DNA of 64,000 bases from Eubacteriales bacterium (GTDB taxonomy: Bacteria; Bacillota; Clostridia; Oscillospirales; CAG-272): NCBI GenBank assembly GCA_045123255.1, contig JBGVIN010000104.1:27113-91112 (forward strand), given 5' to 3'. Under the pieces are notes generated by a model. That model was not told the DNA's origin. It did no database searches and saw only the letters and a program-made list of their open reading frames with translations. This document shows, piece by piece, positions 8,991 through 19,407 of this stretch; the stretch's first letter is position 1, and the number at the start of each line of letters is the position of its first letter. Made by a program: the position numbers and the translations under genes.

Positions 8991-10280
8991 ATGAAGAAAT
9001 ATAGTGAACTTACAAAAGAAGAGCTTCAAGCGCTCAAAAAGGAACTTGAAGCGAAATACAGAGAATACCAAGCGAAGGATTTGAAGCTCAATATGGCACG
9101 CGGAAAGCCGTGCGTTGAGCAGCTCAACCTTTCAATGGGAATGATGGACGTGCTTTGCGCGGACAGCGACCTCACCTGTGAGGACGGAACTGACTGCCGT
9201 AACTACGGTGTGCTTGACGGTATCAAGGAGGCACAGGAGCTTCTTGCCGATATGATGGAGGTTCCTTATGACCAAATTATTATCTACGGTAACTCAAGCT
9301 TAAACGTAATGTACGATACAATCGCGCGCTCAATGACACACGGCGTTATGGGCTCAACCCCTTGGGCAAAGCTTGATAAGGTTAAATTCCTTTGCCCTGT
9401 TCCGGGTTATGACCGCCACTTCAAAATCACCGAATATTTCGGCATTGAAATGATAAATATTCCAATGACGAAGGACGGCCCCGATATGGATATGGTTGAA
9501 CAGCTCGTTTCAAGCGACGATTCAATCAAGGGTATTTGGTGCGTTCCAAAGTACTCAAACCCACAGGGCTATTCCTATTCTGACCTTACCGTGCGCCGCT
9601 TTGCACGCTTAAAGCCTGCCGCTAAGGATTTCAGAATTTATTGGGACAACGCATATACAATCCACCACCTTTACGACGATGAGCAGGATCACTTGGTTGA
9701 GATTTTGGCAGAATGTAAAAGAGCAGGCAACCCCGACCTCGTTTACAAATTTGCTTCAACCTCAAAGATTAGCTTCCCGGGCTCAGGTATTGCCGCACTT
9801 GCATCATCACATAACAACCTTGACGATATTAAGGAGCAGTTAACCGTTCAAACAATCGGTCACGATAAGGTTAACCAGCTTCGTCACGTTCGCTTCTTCG
9901 GCGATATTCACGGTATGGTAGAGCATATGAAGCGCCACGCGGACATCCTTCGTCCAAAGTTCGAGGCGGTTATCGAAATCCTTAACAGAGAGCTTGGCGA
10001 GCTTGGCATCGGCACGTGGACAGAGCCGAAGGGCGGCTACTTCATTTCCTTTGACTCCCTTGAGGGCTGTGCAAAGGATATCGTTGCAAAATGTAAAAAG
10101 GCAGGCGTTGTTATGACAGGCGCAGGCGCAACCTACCCCTACGGCAAGGACCCAAGCGACTCAAACATCAGAATTGCCCCATCCTACCCACCGCTTTCCG
10201 ACCTTATCACCGCAACCGAGCTTTTCGCCCTCTGCGTTAAGCTTTCAAGCGTGAATAAGTATCTTTCACAAATGAACTAA
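8991..10280 (+). CDS. PLP-dependent aminotransferase (class I/II fold)
   Basis: NMARGKP near the N-terminus. Candidate PLP lysine in FASTSKISFPGSG. Length 429 aa. Confidence 0.7.
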   Translation: MKKYSELTKEELQALKKELEAKYREYQAKDLKLNMARGKPCVEQLNLSMGMMDVLCADSDLTCEDGTDCRNYGVLDGIKEAQELLADMMEVPYDQIIIYGNSSLNVMYDTIARSMTHGVMGSTPWAKLDKVKFLCPVPGYDRHFKITEYFGIEMINIPMTKDGPDMDMVEQLVSSDDSIKGIWCVPKYSNPQGYSYSDLTVRRFARLKPAAKDFRIYWDNAYTIHHLYDDEQDHLVEILAECKRAGNPDLVYKFASTSKISFPGSGIAALASSHNNLDDIKEQLTVQTIGHDKVNQLRHVRFFGDIHGMVEHMKRHADILRPKFEAVIEILNRELGELGIGTWTEPKGGYFISFDSLEGCAKDIVAKCKKAGVVMTGAGATYPYGKDPSDSNIRIAPSYPPLSDLITATELFALCVKLSSVNKYLSQMN

Positions 10281-10296
10281 GAAAAATCATATAATC

Positions 10297-10332
10297 AAAA
10301 AGAGGCGTCGCTAATGCGACAGCCTCTTTTTT
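10297..10332. terminator. bidirectional intrinsic terminator between convergent genes
   Basis: AAAAGAGGCGTCGC / GCGACAGCCTCTTTT stem flanked by an A-run and a T-run. Confidence 0.8.
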
Positions 10333-10375
10333 ATTCAAATTGTTTAATGAGCCGAGCTTTTTCAAGGGTGTGCCT

Positions 10376-11956
10376 TTATTCCGCCGTTTCCGTGCCAAGG
10401 TCAATTTCCGCCGTGTCGACCTCGTCGCCCTCGCCCTCAATAGCGGACGGTATCTCGCTTGTCACCTTTTTCTTTCTTTTCTTAAATATAAATGAACGGA
10501 AAAGAATTAGGTTCATAGCGATAAAGAGAAGTATAAAAATTATAAAGGTTAAAACAGGACGAACGGCAATTACCTTAGCGGATGCAAGAAGCATAATAGG
10601 TAAGCCGAAAACTATTGCGGGAAAGTTTTGGTAAACTAAGTTGTCAGCCGCAGGGGTCTTAAACTTAGGGTCCCACTCACGGAGCAGAATAATACCTGTT
10701 GAAGCAGTTCCCGTGAGCATACCGTACGTGGCAAGGAATTGCTCGTGTCTGTACTTAAAGAACAGCTTCTTTGAAATAAATTTGAGGTAGAAAAACGTTG
10801 CGGTAGCGCCAAGCAATGCCATAACGAGAAGCACGTGCCAATATTTGCCGAGCGTATCGGGGCGTATTGCCGCCATGCCTGCAATAATCATAATATCAAA
10901 GAAGAAGCCTGCAATTCTTTTCATCAAGAACGGATTTATATATTCGTGCTTCATAAGCTTCTTTTTCTTTAAGAACCTTAAAACAAAGCCGACAATTGTT
11001 GCAACCAAAACGCCAATTAAGAAGTTGAAGCCGTAAATAGTTGATTTCATGCCCGGCACGAGCCTGCCAAGAAGGTAGAGTAGACCGTAAGCAATAAAGT
11101 AAGAGCCGAGAATAAATGCAAGCTGCATAGTAATTTTGTCAACGCCCGAGGACTCCATAGGTAATTCCTCTGAGGTTTGCACCTTGTCAAGCGTCATAGT
11201 CTCGCCAAGGTCTGCATTCTTGAATTTCTTTCTCATACGGCGTCTTGTTACGTTTAAGTAAATAACGCCACCGATAGCCGCCGAGATGAAGCCCAGGGAA
11301 GCAATGGAAAGACCAAAGTCCGCGCCGTTAACCAGCGCCTTTGCACCTTTTTCTAAAAGATCTGCGTCTTTGCTAATTGTTTCGTAAATATTGCCGAAGT
11401 TGAGTGCCTGCCCCGTACCCTGACCGAAGCCGAAACAGAGAATAACTCCCGCGTAATTTGTAAGACCCGGGATGAAAAGGCAAGCAATCATTGTAACCGC
11501 AATACCGATAATAGCCTGTAAAAGATAGGTTGAAACGGTTGATACGCCTGCGTTAAATACCTCGGTTGAGCGCTTCTTTGAAAGCTTTTCCTGTGTAGGC
11601 TTAAAGGTTGTTGCAATAAAGCCGAGGGCAAGAGCGTGATAGGTGATAATTTCAAGTAGCTCAAGTCCCGTTTGGGATAAATCCTCCTTGGAAATTAAGC
11701 CTGCCTCAGCCGCTTCAAGCGCAGCCTTTGACGGTGAGCCGAAAAATTCAAGCTCGAAAAGATAGTCACCCTTCGTGGCAATAGTGTAAATTGAAGAAAC
11801 AACTAAAATTATAGCGCCTGCCAAAACAGAGGTAGGAATAAGTGATTTTTTTATAAAGGGAATTCGTCTTTTCATCATATTAGCCAAGATGAGTGCGACG
11901 AGCAAAACCGCAACGACGCTGACAATTCCCCAAGCGTTATAGCCCGATAAATCCAT
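10376..11956 (-). CDS. sodium/glutamate symporter family (GltS-like) membrane transporter
   Basis: Polytopic membrane protein. FIKKSLIPTSVLAG, GFGQGTGQA and GTASTG segments resemble GltS signature regions. Confidence 0.55.
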   Translation of the reverse strand: MDLSGYNAWGIVSVVAVLLVALILANMMKRRIPFIKKSLIPTSVLAGAIILVVSSIYTIATKGDYLFELEFFGSPSKAALEAAEAGLISKEDLSQTGLELLEIITYHALALGFIATTFKPTQEKLSKKRSTEVFNAGVSTVSTYLLQAIIGIAVTMIACLFIPGLTNYAGVILCFGFGQGTGQALNFGNIYETISKDADLLEKGAKALVNGADFGLSIASLGFISAAIGGVIYLNVTRRRMRKKFKNADLGETMTLDKVQTSEELPMESSGVDKITMQLAFILGSYFIAYGLLYLLGRLVPGMKSTIYGFNFLIGVLVATIVGFVLRFLKKKKLMKHEYINPFLMKRIAGFFFDIMIIAGMAAIRPDTLGKYWHVLLVMALLGATATFFYLKFISKKLFFKYRHEQFLATYGMLTGTASTGIILLREWDPKFKTPAADNLVYQNFPAIVFGLPIMLLASAKVIAVRPVLTFIIFILLFIAMNLILFRSFIFKKRKKKVTSEIPSAIEGEGDEVDTAEIDLGTETAE

Positions 11957-13166
11957 TTTCTGTATCTCCTTTCAAAACGTTTTGCGCGTGATAGTAAATA
12001 TTTACGTATTTTAGAGCATTAAAATGCTCGTCGTAACGCACCTGGAAAATTCTTTTTCTTGCGTAAAAATTCATTTTATTTCTGCCAAGCACACCGCTTG
12101 CGGTAATTTCGCTGAAATTAAAGACCTCTTTTTTCTCGCCAAAATCAATTTCAAAGCGATCACCGTACGCCAAAAGCTTAACTCCTTTGCCGAGCGGAAT
12201 TTTCTTTTTGCACGGAATAACCTCTAAAAAGTCTACCGTGTCGCTAAAAATAGGTGTGTCGATATATTTGCTCGTGTCGATTTTACGTAAAAATTCGCAT
12301 TGTGCATCGTACCACTCGCCAATAAAGCGGTAAGGAAACTCGTCCTTAACCCCCCCAATTTCCTTTGTGGCAAGATACTTAATTTCTGTGCCGCATTTTT
12401 CGCACCTTGATATTGTACCTTGGCTTTTCCACGCGCCAAAGTCCTTGCAAAGAGGGCAGTAGTACATCGCCCTTTCAAGGTATTCCGCACTTTTTTTCGA
12501 CGGATATTCAATATCAAGCCTTGCTTCGTCGATATAAAGCTTCTTGCAAATTAAATCGTAAAGCTCGCTGTCGGAAAGATTTTTGTAGTCGTCATATTCA
12601 ATAATTTCAGACACTCCTGCGGTCATTTTGCCACCGCGCGTCTTATCGCTCCATCTTGGCTGAACGCCGTAGCCACCCTTTATGTGATATATAGCGATAG
12701 GAAGCTTCAGAGCCTTTGCAAACGGAGCAATAGTGTCCTTAATAGCGCCCGTTCTGCCGCTGTACGTACGGTTGCCCTCGGGAAAAATGGCAATTGAGCC
12801 ACCCTCCTTGGCAATACGCATGCAGTCCATAACGGCTTTAACGTCCGCCGTACCCTTTTTGATAGGAATTGGCTTAACAAGGAAGCTAATCAGCTTTGAA
12901 ACAAAGCCGTTTGAAAAAATATCGTCGTTGGTTACGTAGTAAAGGTGCTTCTTAAACCCAAGTCCAAGGAAAAATTGGTCAAACGTCGTTTGATGGTTCG
13001 AGATAACGAGAAACTGCCTTTTCTCCTTGCACTTTTCTATCTTTATATGATATTTTATTTTACAAAGAGCCCAAATAAACGGATAGAGAATAAGTCTGAA
13101 AAACGAGTGACGCTTCTTTATCCACTTGGACTTTTTCTTCTTTTTCTTAATATTTTGCTTTTCCAT
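11937..13166 (-). CDS. lysophospholipid (1-acyl-glycerol-3-phosphate) acyltransferase family protein with a C-terminal extension containing a zinc ribbon
   Basis: HX4D (NHQTTFD) and FPEGNRT motifs. CPLC..CEKCG in the C-terminal half. 20-nt overlap with the downstream gene. Confidence 0.7.
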   Translation of the reverse strand: MEKQNIKKKKKKSKWIKKRHSFFRLILYPFIWALCKIKYHIKIEKCKEKRQFLVISNHQTTFDQFFLGLGFKKHLYYVTNDDIFSNGFVSKLISFLVKPIPIKKGTADVKAVMDCMRIAKEGGSIAIFPEGNRTYSGRTGAIKDTIAPFAKALKLPIAIYHIKGGYGVQPRWSDKTRGGKMTAGVSEIIEYDDYKNLSDSELYDLICKKLYIDEARLDIEYPSKKSAEYLERAMYYCPLCKDFGAWKSQGTISRCEKCGTEIKYLATKEIGGVKDEFPYRFIGEWYDAQCEFLRKIDTSKYIDTPIFSDTVDFLEVIPCKKKIPLGKGVKLLAYGDRFEIDFGEKKEVFNFSEITASGVLGRNKMNFYARKRIFQVRYDEHFNALKYVNIYYHAQNVLKGDTENGFIGL

Positions 13167-13452
13167 AATAGTCTTCTTTCAAAAAATAATATGGCGGTAT
13201 AAATATCGCTCAAGGCGCGACCAAAATTACACCGATTATAATTTTACCATATTTTTGCTCATTTTTCAATCAAATAGGCTGAATTAGACTTGCAAAAGGC
13301 CCCTTAATTTACAATTGTGTACATTTATTCACAATTTGTTCACGCAAAACGGCTAAAATGAGAAGAAAGCGAACGGTTTTTCCATTCGCTTTCTAAATTA
13401 AATTTTGATAAAATATTGTATTTAACAACAAAATCTGTGATTTATTGTTTAC

Positions 13453-15549
13453 TTAGTAAACAACCTCTATTTCATCGGGCGCGCTTACCTGTATCTCTTT
13501 TCCCGCCTCGCAAGTAATCTTAATTAAGCCGTATGGCGTTGGAATTTCTACGCTTGCATAGCAAAGGGAGAGAAGTGATGGGTCAAGCTTAATCTTCTTC
13601 ATTCCGCACTCCAAAATTTCAAGACCCAATATAGCTTTTGGGAGTGCATAAAGAGGTGTGCCGCCCCACGCGTGGCTGTAATCAAACTGATAGGTCGGCT
13701 CAGGAGGATAAAATCCCTCGGGCAATCCCTTTTTTGAAACCTTTAATGCATTTTTCCAGCCGTCAAGCAGAGGGAGTGTATATTTTTCGCGCATGCCAGA
13801 TAGGTAAACCGCATCAAGCCAAAAATGCATAAAATACGGTTGAACCTCGCCAAGCTCGTCACATTCGTAAATTTTGTCAAGAAGCCTGCGCGCCGCCTCA
13901 CCCGAAACAAGACCAAAATAGCAGGCGAGGATGTTTGCGTGACGGCGATAATACCGTTTGCTTACGTTTTTCGGCATATACTGATAGAGAAGCTCACTCG
14001 GCGTTTCGGTGTTCAGTCCCTCAAAGAAAAGACCGCGCTCCCCGTCGTATAAATTTTCAAAAATAGCTTTTTTCATGCTTTCCGCCTTCACTTGGCACGC
14101 CTCTGCCATTTCGCCCTCACCCAAAACGCTATAAATTTTCGCTCCGCTTAAAAGTGCGCCGTAGTAGAACATACAAAGACAGCTCTGACCAAGTGCCTTT
14201 GGCGGATGGTGAGTTGAAATTCCGTCAGGGCAAAGCCAATCGATAAACATATAGTCAGGCGGCGTTTCGATAAGACCGTTTTCGCCAATATATTTTTCAA
14301 ATCGCTTGAAAAGCAAATCTATTGCGTGCCTTGTCTTATAAAGCAGATTGATATTTCCCGAGAGCATATAGCATTCGTAAACCATCTTTACAAAAATCAA
14401 GCTATAAGTGGTGTGGAAAAGACGTCCGTCGCGCTCTTGCATAGTAAAAGCAATTCTTTCAAGGTCAAATTCGGTGAGGGACGTGTCGCCGTAGGCAAAA
14501 ACGTTCATCAGCATCTCGATATAGTAATCGCCCACGCAAGCAAGCGGCTCACAGTGAAGCGGACTGTCAAGGTGATGCGCCTGACGGCAATATTTTAAGG
14601 TGTGCTTGCAAATATCGATTATTTCGTTTAGCTCACTGTCCCAAACAACCGTTTTTGCTTGTACGCTAATCGGGAAATACGATTCCTCTAAAATAACATC
14701 AACCTCGCACAGAGTGTCAGCCAAATTTTCAATTTCAATCTCGACCCCACCCGTGCTGAGTAGCTCCAAGGAATAGTACGGTGCATTTTGATCAACCGTT
14801 AAATAATATTCTCTTGTGATTTTTTTAAGCTCGAAGGAGCGCAAGGTAACGCTTGATTTTTTTGTGGAATTAACCTTCAAATAAGCGGCGAAAACACGCT
14901 CGTATTCCACTCTGTGCGTTATTTTCTCGCCTGCTTTAAGTGCGAATTTATGCACCCTTGCATCGTTTAAGGTACAGGGCGGTGTTGGCGCGCATATAAC
15001 GTTCCAAATATCGCTCCTTACCTCGGCAGGCAAAAACTCATCATTTTTAACCTCGGAATTAAAAACAGTGGGATACGTGTACGATTTTTGGTATGAAATC
15101 TCCCAGCTCTCGTCACTTTGAAGAGATATTTTTTCGCCGTTTTTAAGCTCAGCCGTTCCGCGAAGGAGGAAGCCACCGCGACCGCGTGAATATTCGCAAA
15201 GATGGTAAGGCGTCATTCTTACCAATGCATAAAGCTCTATATAATTTTCCTCTACTGAAAGCTCCTTCTTGAAGGAGTAGTAATCACGTCTTGGCTTGTC
15301 GTTGTCCAAAAAGTCACCGCCTGAGTAGGCAGGGCCGCGCAGGACGCTTTTGCCGTTACAAAGGAGCAAAAAGGCAGTATCCGCACTAACCTCAATATTT
15401 ATTTTTGCTCCACCTTCAAGCTCGTATCTTCGTCTGAGCGCGCAAACGATATATTTTTGCTCGGGGTTCAATCTTTCAAGACTGCTAAAATACGTTGCTT
15501 GCTCGTTTGGGTATTTATCGCTTGGCAACCAAATCCAACCGTTTTTCAT
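13453..15549 (-). CDS. (alpha/alpha)6-barrel glycoside hydrolase, GH78 (alpha-L-rhamnosidase)-like
   Basis: 698 aa with no signal peptide. N-terminal NGWIWLP and C-terminal SHAWGGTPLY segments resemble bacterial rhamnosidase-type enzymes. The family assignment is tentative. Confidence 0.4.
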   Translation of the reverse strand: MKNGWIWLPSDKYPNEQATYFSSLERLNPEQKYIVCALRRRYELEGGAKINIEVSADTAFLLLCNGKSVLRGPAYSGGDFLDNDKPRRDYYSFKKELSVEENYIELYALVRMTPYHLCEYSRGRGGFLLRGTAELKNGEKISLQSDESWEISYQKSYTYPTVFNSEVKNDEFLPAEVRSDIWNVICAPTPPCTLNDARVHKFALKAGEKITHRVEYERVFAAYLKVNSTKKSSVTLRSFELKKITREYYLTVDQNAPYYSLELLSTGGVEIEIENLADTLCEVDVILEESYFPISVQAKTVVWDSELNEIIDICKHTLKYCRQAHHLDSPLHCEPLACVGDYYIEMLMNVFAYGDTSLTEFDLERIAFTMQERDGRLFHTTYSLIFVKMVYECYMLSGNINLLYKTRHAIDLLFKRFEKYIGENGLIETPPDYMFIDWLCPDGISTHHPPKALGQSCLCMFYYGALLSGAKIYSVLGEGEMAEACQVKAESMKKAIFENLYDGERGLFFEGLNTETPSELLYQYMPKNVSKRYYRRHANILACYFGLVSGEAARRLLDKIYECDELGEVQPYFMHFWLDAVYLSGMREKYTLPLLDGWKNALKVSKKGLPEGFYPPEPTYQFDYSHAWGGTPLYALPKAILGLEILECGMKKIKLDPSLLSLCYASVEIPTPYGLIKITCEAGKEIQVSAPDEIEVVY

Positions 15550-15640
15550 AAAATCACCGCCTTTTTTAGAATTATATCACAGATATATTAAAAATTTCAA
15601 CTGCTATCAAAAAAAGACCGCGAGGTGAGCCGAAAAATAC

Positions 15641-16222
15641 TCAGTTAACCGCGGTCTTAATTTTATTTTCTTCCTTTTGCTTCATTTTATAGATTTTCAA
15701 AAGCATATGCGAGGTATATCTCAATATGAAAACGGGTGCCATACTGAGTATGTAGTTTACAACCGTAACAGGTATCCATATATAAAACGCATCACAATGC
15801 GGAACGAATAGCACCAAAAATCCCGTATGAGCATTGATAAGATGAATAACCACGCCGTAGTTTATTTCGGTCAAATATCTATTTAAGTACGGTAGGCTGC
15901 TTGCATCACCAAGCTTCTTTTTTGAAAATCCCGTGAAGCAGCCAAGCTCAGGCACCTTGTCCTTCCATTTGCCGATTTTGATTTTTTTGTAAAATTTGAA
16001 TTCGCGCTTGCTGACCACAAAAAGCCTTCTTTCGGGCAAATACCATAGTTTCGGAGTTGCACGGCGAATTAAAAGTGCTTCAAGACCGTCAATTACAATA
16101 ACGCAAAGCGTGCCGAGCAAAAGCGACAAAAGCGTCGAGATTGCGTTGTTAAATGAAAAGGGATCAACAAAAAGAAAATCTAATATACAAATTGAAGCAA
16201 TAGACGCGCTGATAATAATCAA
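15641..16222 (-). CDS. hypothetical membrane protein
   Basis: 193-aa ORF with 4-5 hydrophobic segments. Terminator hairpin (AAGACCGCG/CGCGGTCTT plus T-run) overlaps its 3' end. Confidence 0.45.
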   Translation of the reverse strand: MIIISASIASICILDFLFVDPFSFNNAISTLLSLLLGTLCVIVIDGLEALLIRRATPKLWYLPERRLFVVSKREFKFYKKIKIGKWKDKVPELGCFTGFSKKKLGDASSLPYLNRYLTEINYGVVIHLINAHTGFLVLFVPHCDAFYIWIPVTVVNYILSMAPVFILRYTSHMLLKIYKMKQKEENKIKTAVN

Positions 16223-16373
16223 GTACGTTAGAATATAAATTTCCCCCTTTTAAGACTGATATTTAATATTCTACCATATTCGACACTTTTTTGCAAGTAA
16301 TTAAATTTGTTCTATTGAAATAAAGACCGATATGTGGTATCTTAAATATATCAAGCATCAAAAGGAGAAGAAA

Positions 16374-18113
16374 ATGAAATTCGAAATTGTAAATAATCAA
16401 TTTATGGTGGATTCAAAGCCGACAAAGCTTATCTCGGGCGCGGTTCACTATTTTAGAAATATGAAGGATACGTGGCGCGACGTGTTCAAAAAAATGAAGG
16501 CGATGGGCTTAAACTGTGTTGAAACCTACTGCGCTTGGAATATGCACGAGAAAAAACCGTCTGAGTTTGATTTTTCGGGCAACCTCGATATAAGAGAGTT
16601 TATAAAGACTGCCGAGAGCGAGGGGCTTATGGTTATTGTGCGCCCGGGTCCGTACATTTGCGCTGAGTGGGAGTTTGGCGGTCTTCCGTGGTGGCTTCAG
16701 GAAATGGACGGAATGGAGATTAGATGCTCAAATCCTGTATATATGGAGCGCTTTGAAATTTACCTTGGCAAGCTCTTTGACCAAATCCGTGACCTGCTTT
16801 CAACAAACGGCGGTCCTATCATTATGCTTCAATGCGAAAATGAGTACGGCTACTACGGCGACGATAAGGAATACCTAAAATCACTTTATAATATATACAG
16901 AAAGCACGGAATTGACGTGCCGCTCTTTACCTCCGACGGAACAAGTGAGGAAAATTTGCTTGACGGTACGATTGACGGCTGCTTGCCAACTCTTAACTTT
17001 GGTTCGCGCGTTGAGGAAAATTTCCGCGCACACGATAAGCTTTTCCCAAATAGCCCCAAAATGTGTATGGAAATGTGGAACGGCTGGTTTGACGCGTGGG
17101 GAGACTCGTTCCATCACACCACAAGCGCGGAAAACTACGCAGGTGTTGTAGACGATATGCTCGCGCGTGGCTCACTTAATATGTATATGTTTATCGGTGG
17201 CACTAACTTCGGTTTTACAAGCGGCGCAAACCATTACGAAAAATTTACCCCCGACGTCACCAGCTACGACTACGACGCTATGCTTACCGAGTGCGGAGAT
17301 ATAACAGAAAAGTACATAAAAACGAGAGAGGTTATAAAGAAATACGTTGACGGGGAGCTTCCCGAAATACCTGCTAACCGAGAAAAGCGCGCGTACGGAA
17401 AATTCACGCTTGACAAAAAGGGTGGCTTCTTTAATAACCTTGATAAGCTTTCAAGTCCGATTTTCTCAAACGTGCCAAGATGTATGGAAAGCTACGGTCA
17501 GGGCTACGGCTACATCGCTTATAAAACAAAGCTCAACCGCGACTATATAAACACGTCTATCACCTTTGCCGAGATAGGTGACCGCGCTCACATCTACGTT
17601 AACGATACGCTTCAAGGTATAGTTTACGTAAACGACGACGAGCTTAAAGCAACGATAAACGCCAAGAAGGGCGACACGCTCACAATCCTTGTCGAGAATA
17701 TGGGCAGAGCAAACTTCGGACCTAAAATGATGCGTAAGAAGGGAATAGCGGGCAGATTACTTCTTGGCAACAACATCATTCACTTTAATTGGGACGTTTA
17801 CCCCTTGCCAATGGACAATCTGGATAAGGTTGAGTACGGTCAAATCTTTAACGAGCCATCCTGCTTCTTAAAGGGTAGCTTCACGGTTGATAAAAAGGCT
17901 GATACCTTCCTGTACCTTGACAATTTCAAGAAGGGCTTTGTTGTGATAAACGGCTTCAACCTCGGCAGATACTGGGAGATAGGACCGCAAAGAAGCCTGT
18001 ACGTTCCGTCCTCAATCCTTAACGATGGCGAAAACGAAATAGTTATCTTTGAAGCCGACGGCTTAAAGGGCGAGCCTACCGTCGAATTTAAGGACTTCCC
18101 AACGTTGCAATAA
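16374..18113 (+). CDS. beta-galactosidase, glycoside hydrolase family 35
   Basis: GAVHYFR, RPGPYICAEWEFGGLPWW and QCENEYG motifs are characteristic of GH35. AAGGAGAAG RBS precedes the ATG at 16374. Confidence 0.85.
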   Translation: MKFEIVNNQFMVDSKPTKLISGAVHYFRNMKDTWRDVFKKMKAMGLNCVETYCAWNMHEKKPSEFDFSGNLDIREFIKTAESEGLMVIVRPGPYICAEWEFGGLPWWLQEMDGMEIRCSNPVYMERFEIYLGKLFDQIRDLLSTNGGPIIMLQCENEYGYYGDDKEYLKSLYNIYRKHGIDVPLFTSDGTSEENLLDGTIDGCLPTLNFGSRVEENFRAHDKLFPNSPKMCMEMWNGWFDAWGDSFHHTTSAENYAGVVDDMLARGSLNMYMFIGGTNFGFTSGANHYEKFTPDVTSYDYDAMLTECGDITEKYIKTREVIKKYVDGELPEIPANREKRAYGKFTLDKKGGFFNNLDKLSSPIFSNVPRCMESYGQGYGYIAYKTKLNRDYINTSITFAEIGDRAHIYVNDTLQGIVYVNDDELKATINAKKGDTLTILVENMGRANFGPKMMRKKGIAGRLLLGNNIIHFNWDVYPLPMDNLDKVEYGQIFNEPSCFLKGSFTVDKKADTFLYLDNFKKGFVVINGFNLGRYWEIGPQRSLYVPSSILNDGENEIVIFEADGLKGEPTVEFKDFPTLQ

Positions 18114-18116
18114 AAC

Positions 18117-18147
18117 AAAAGAACCTGACACGTGTCAGGTTCTTTTT
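18117..18147 (+). terminator. intrinsic terminator after the GH35 gene
   Basis: GAACCTGACA / TGTCAGGTTC stem plus a T-run. Confidence 0.85.
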
Positions 18148-18148
18148 T

Positions 18149-18217
18149 GTAGGGCAGGGGCTTCGAGAACCCCAAACCTCAAATTTCGGTTTGAGGACCC
18201 CGGGGCTTGCTCCTGCC
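18149..18217. repeat. composite intergenic repeat: GTAG + GGCAGG...CCTGCC palindrome enclosing an inverted copy of the 3767-3850 unit
   Basis: GTAG at 18149-18152. GAGAACCCCAAACCTCAAATTTCGGTTTGAGGACCCC at 18165-18201 is the reverse complement of the 3767 unit except for the loop. Confidence 0.75.
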
Positions 18218-18227
18218 GCTTGATATA

Positions 18228-19400
18228 TTATGCTTTTTTAATCCCTGCGCGTTTATTAAGCACCTCGAACATTACAATCATAATTACGGTTAAAATAGCT
18301 ATGTAGAGAGGGAAGAGCTTAATTGAAACGTTGTTTGCGATAAGACCGAAAAGAGGCGGCATTAAGCAAGTGCCCGTATATGCGGACGCCATTTGAACAC
18401 CGATGAGCGCCTGCGAGCGCGACTCGCCAAAGCGTGCAGGCGTTGAGTGTATAATAGACGGATATACAGGCGCACTACCAACACCCAAAACAATAAGACC
18501 TATAAGCGAAAATACGTTTGGAAGCGGCAAGAAGAGTAAAATCAAGCCGCCAACCATAAAGCATTCACCAAGGCGCGTCATTTGAACGTCGTTTAGCTTT
18601 ATCGAAATAAAGCCGCATATAGCACGCCCTGCCGTAATTCCAAGCACGTAAAGCGAGCCCCAAAGTGCCGCCGTTTCGGAGTCAATCCCTTTTTCAAGAT
18701 TGAGATACGAGCTTGCCCAAAGTGTAACCGTCACCTCAAGCGCACAGTAGGCAAAAAAAGTCACCATTACCGATTTTACACCGCGTATTTTCAAAATTTC
18801 CTTTAAGGAAAGAGATTTTTCCTTTGTATCTAAATTCTTTTCAGATACCGTTGTCGGCTTTTTCCAAATAGGTAAGGAAATAAAAAGAATTGTGCTTATT
18901 ACAATTTGAATAACGGAAACCAATACGTATCCAAGATGCCAGCTTGCTCCGCCTGTTAGCACCGCACCCATAATGGTTGGACCCACCGCCGCGCCAAGTC
19001 CCCACATACAGTGCAGCCAGTTCATATGCTTGCTTGAAAAATGAAGCGAAACGTAGTTGTTTAGCGCCGCGTCAACGCTTCCTGCACCAAGACCGTACGG
19101 AATTGAAATTAAGCAAAGCTGCCAGAATTTTGTGCTTATACCAAAGCCGAGAAGAGCAAGCGCGGTTATCGCCACGCTAATAGCAGTCGTCTTAGATGCG
19201 CCAAGCTTTCTTGTTATACGGTCACTTGCAAGAGAGGAAAGAATTGTGCCAAACGCAATAATAGCGGAAATTATACCCGCGCCCGAAACAGGCACGTCAA
19301 TTTCGGCAAATATTGTCGGCCACGCCGCTCCAAGCATAGAGTCAGGCAAGCCAAGACCGAAAAACGATAAATAAATTATAGCAATAAGTAAGCCAATCAT
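18228..19400 (-). CDS. MFS transporter
   Basis: 390 aa with about 12 TM segments. DRITRKLG-type loop between TM2 and TM3. Confidence 0.8.
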   Translation of the reverse strand: MIGLLIAIIYLSFFGLGLPDSMLGAAWPTIFAEIDVPVSGAGIISAIIAFGTILSSLASDRITRKLGASKTTAISVAITALALLGFGISTKFWQLCLISIPYGLGAGSVDAALNNYVSLHFSSKHMNWLHCMWGLGAAVGPTIMGAVLTGGASWHLGYVLVSVIQIVISTILFISLPIWKKPTTVSEKNLDTKEKSLSLKEILKIRGVKSVMVTFFAYCALEVTVTLWASSYLNLEKGIDSETAALWGSLYVLGITAGRAICGFISIKLNDVQMTRLGECFMVGGLILLFLPLPNVFSLIGLIVLGVGSAPVYPSIIHSTPARFGESRSQALIGVQMASAYTGTCLMPPLFGLIANNVSIKLFPLYIAILTVIMIVMFEVLNKRAGIKKA

Positions 19401-19407
19401 AAAACCC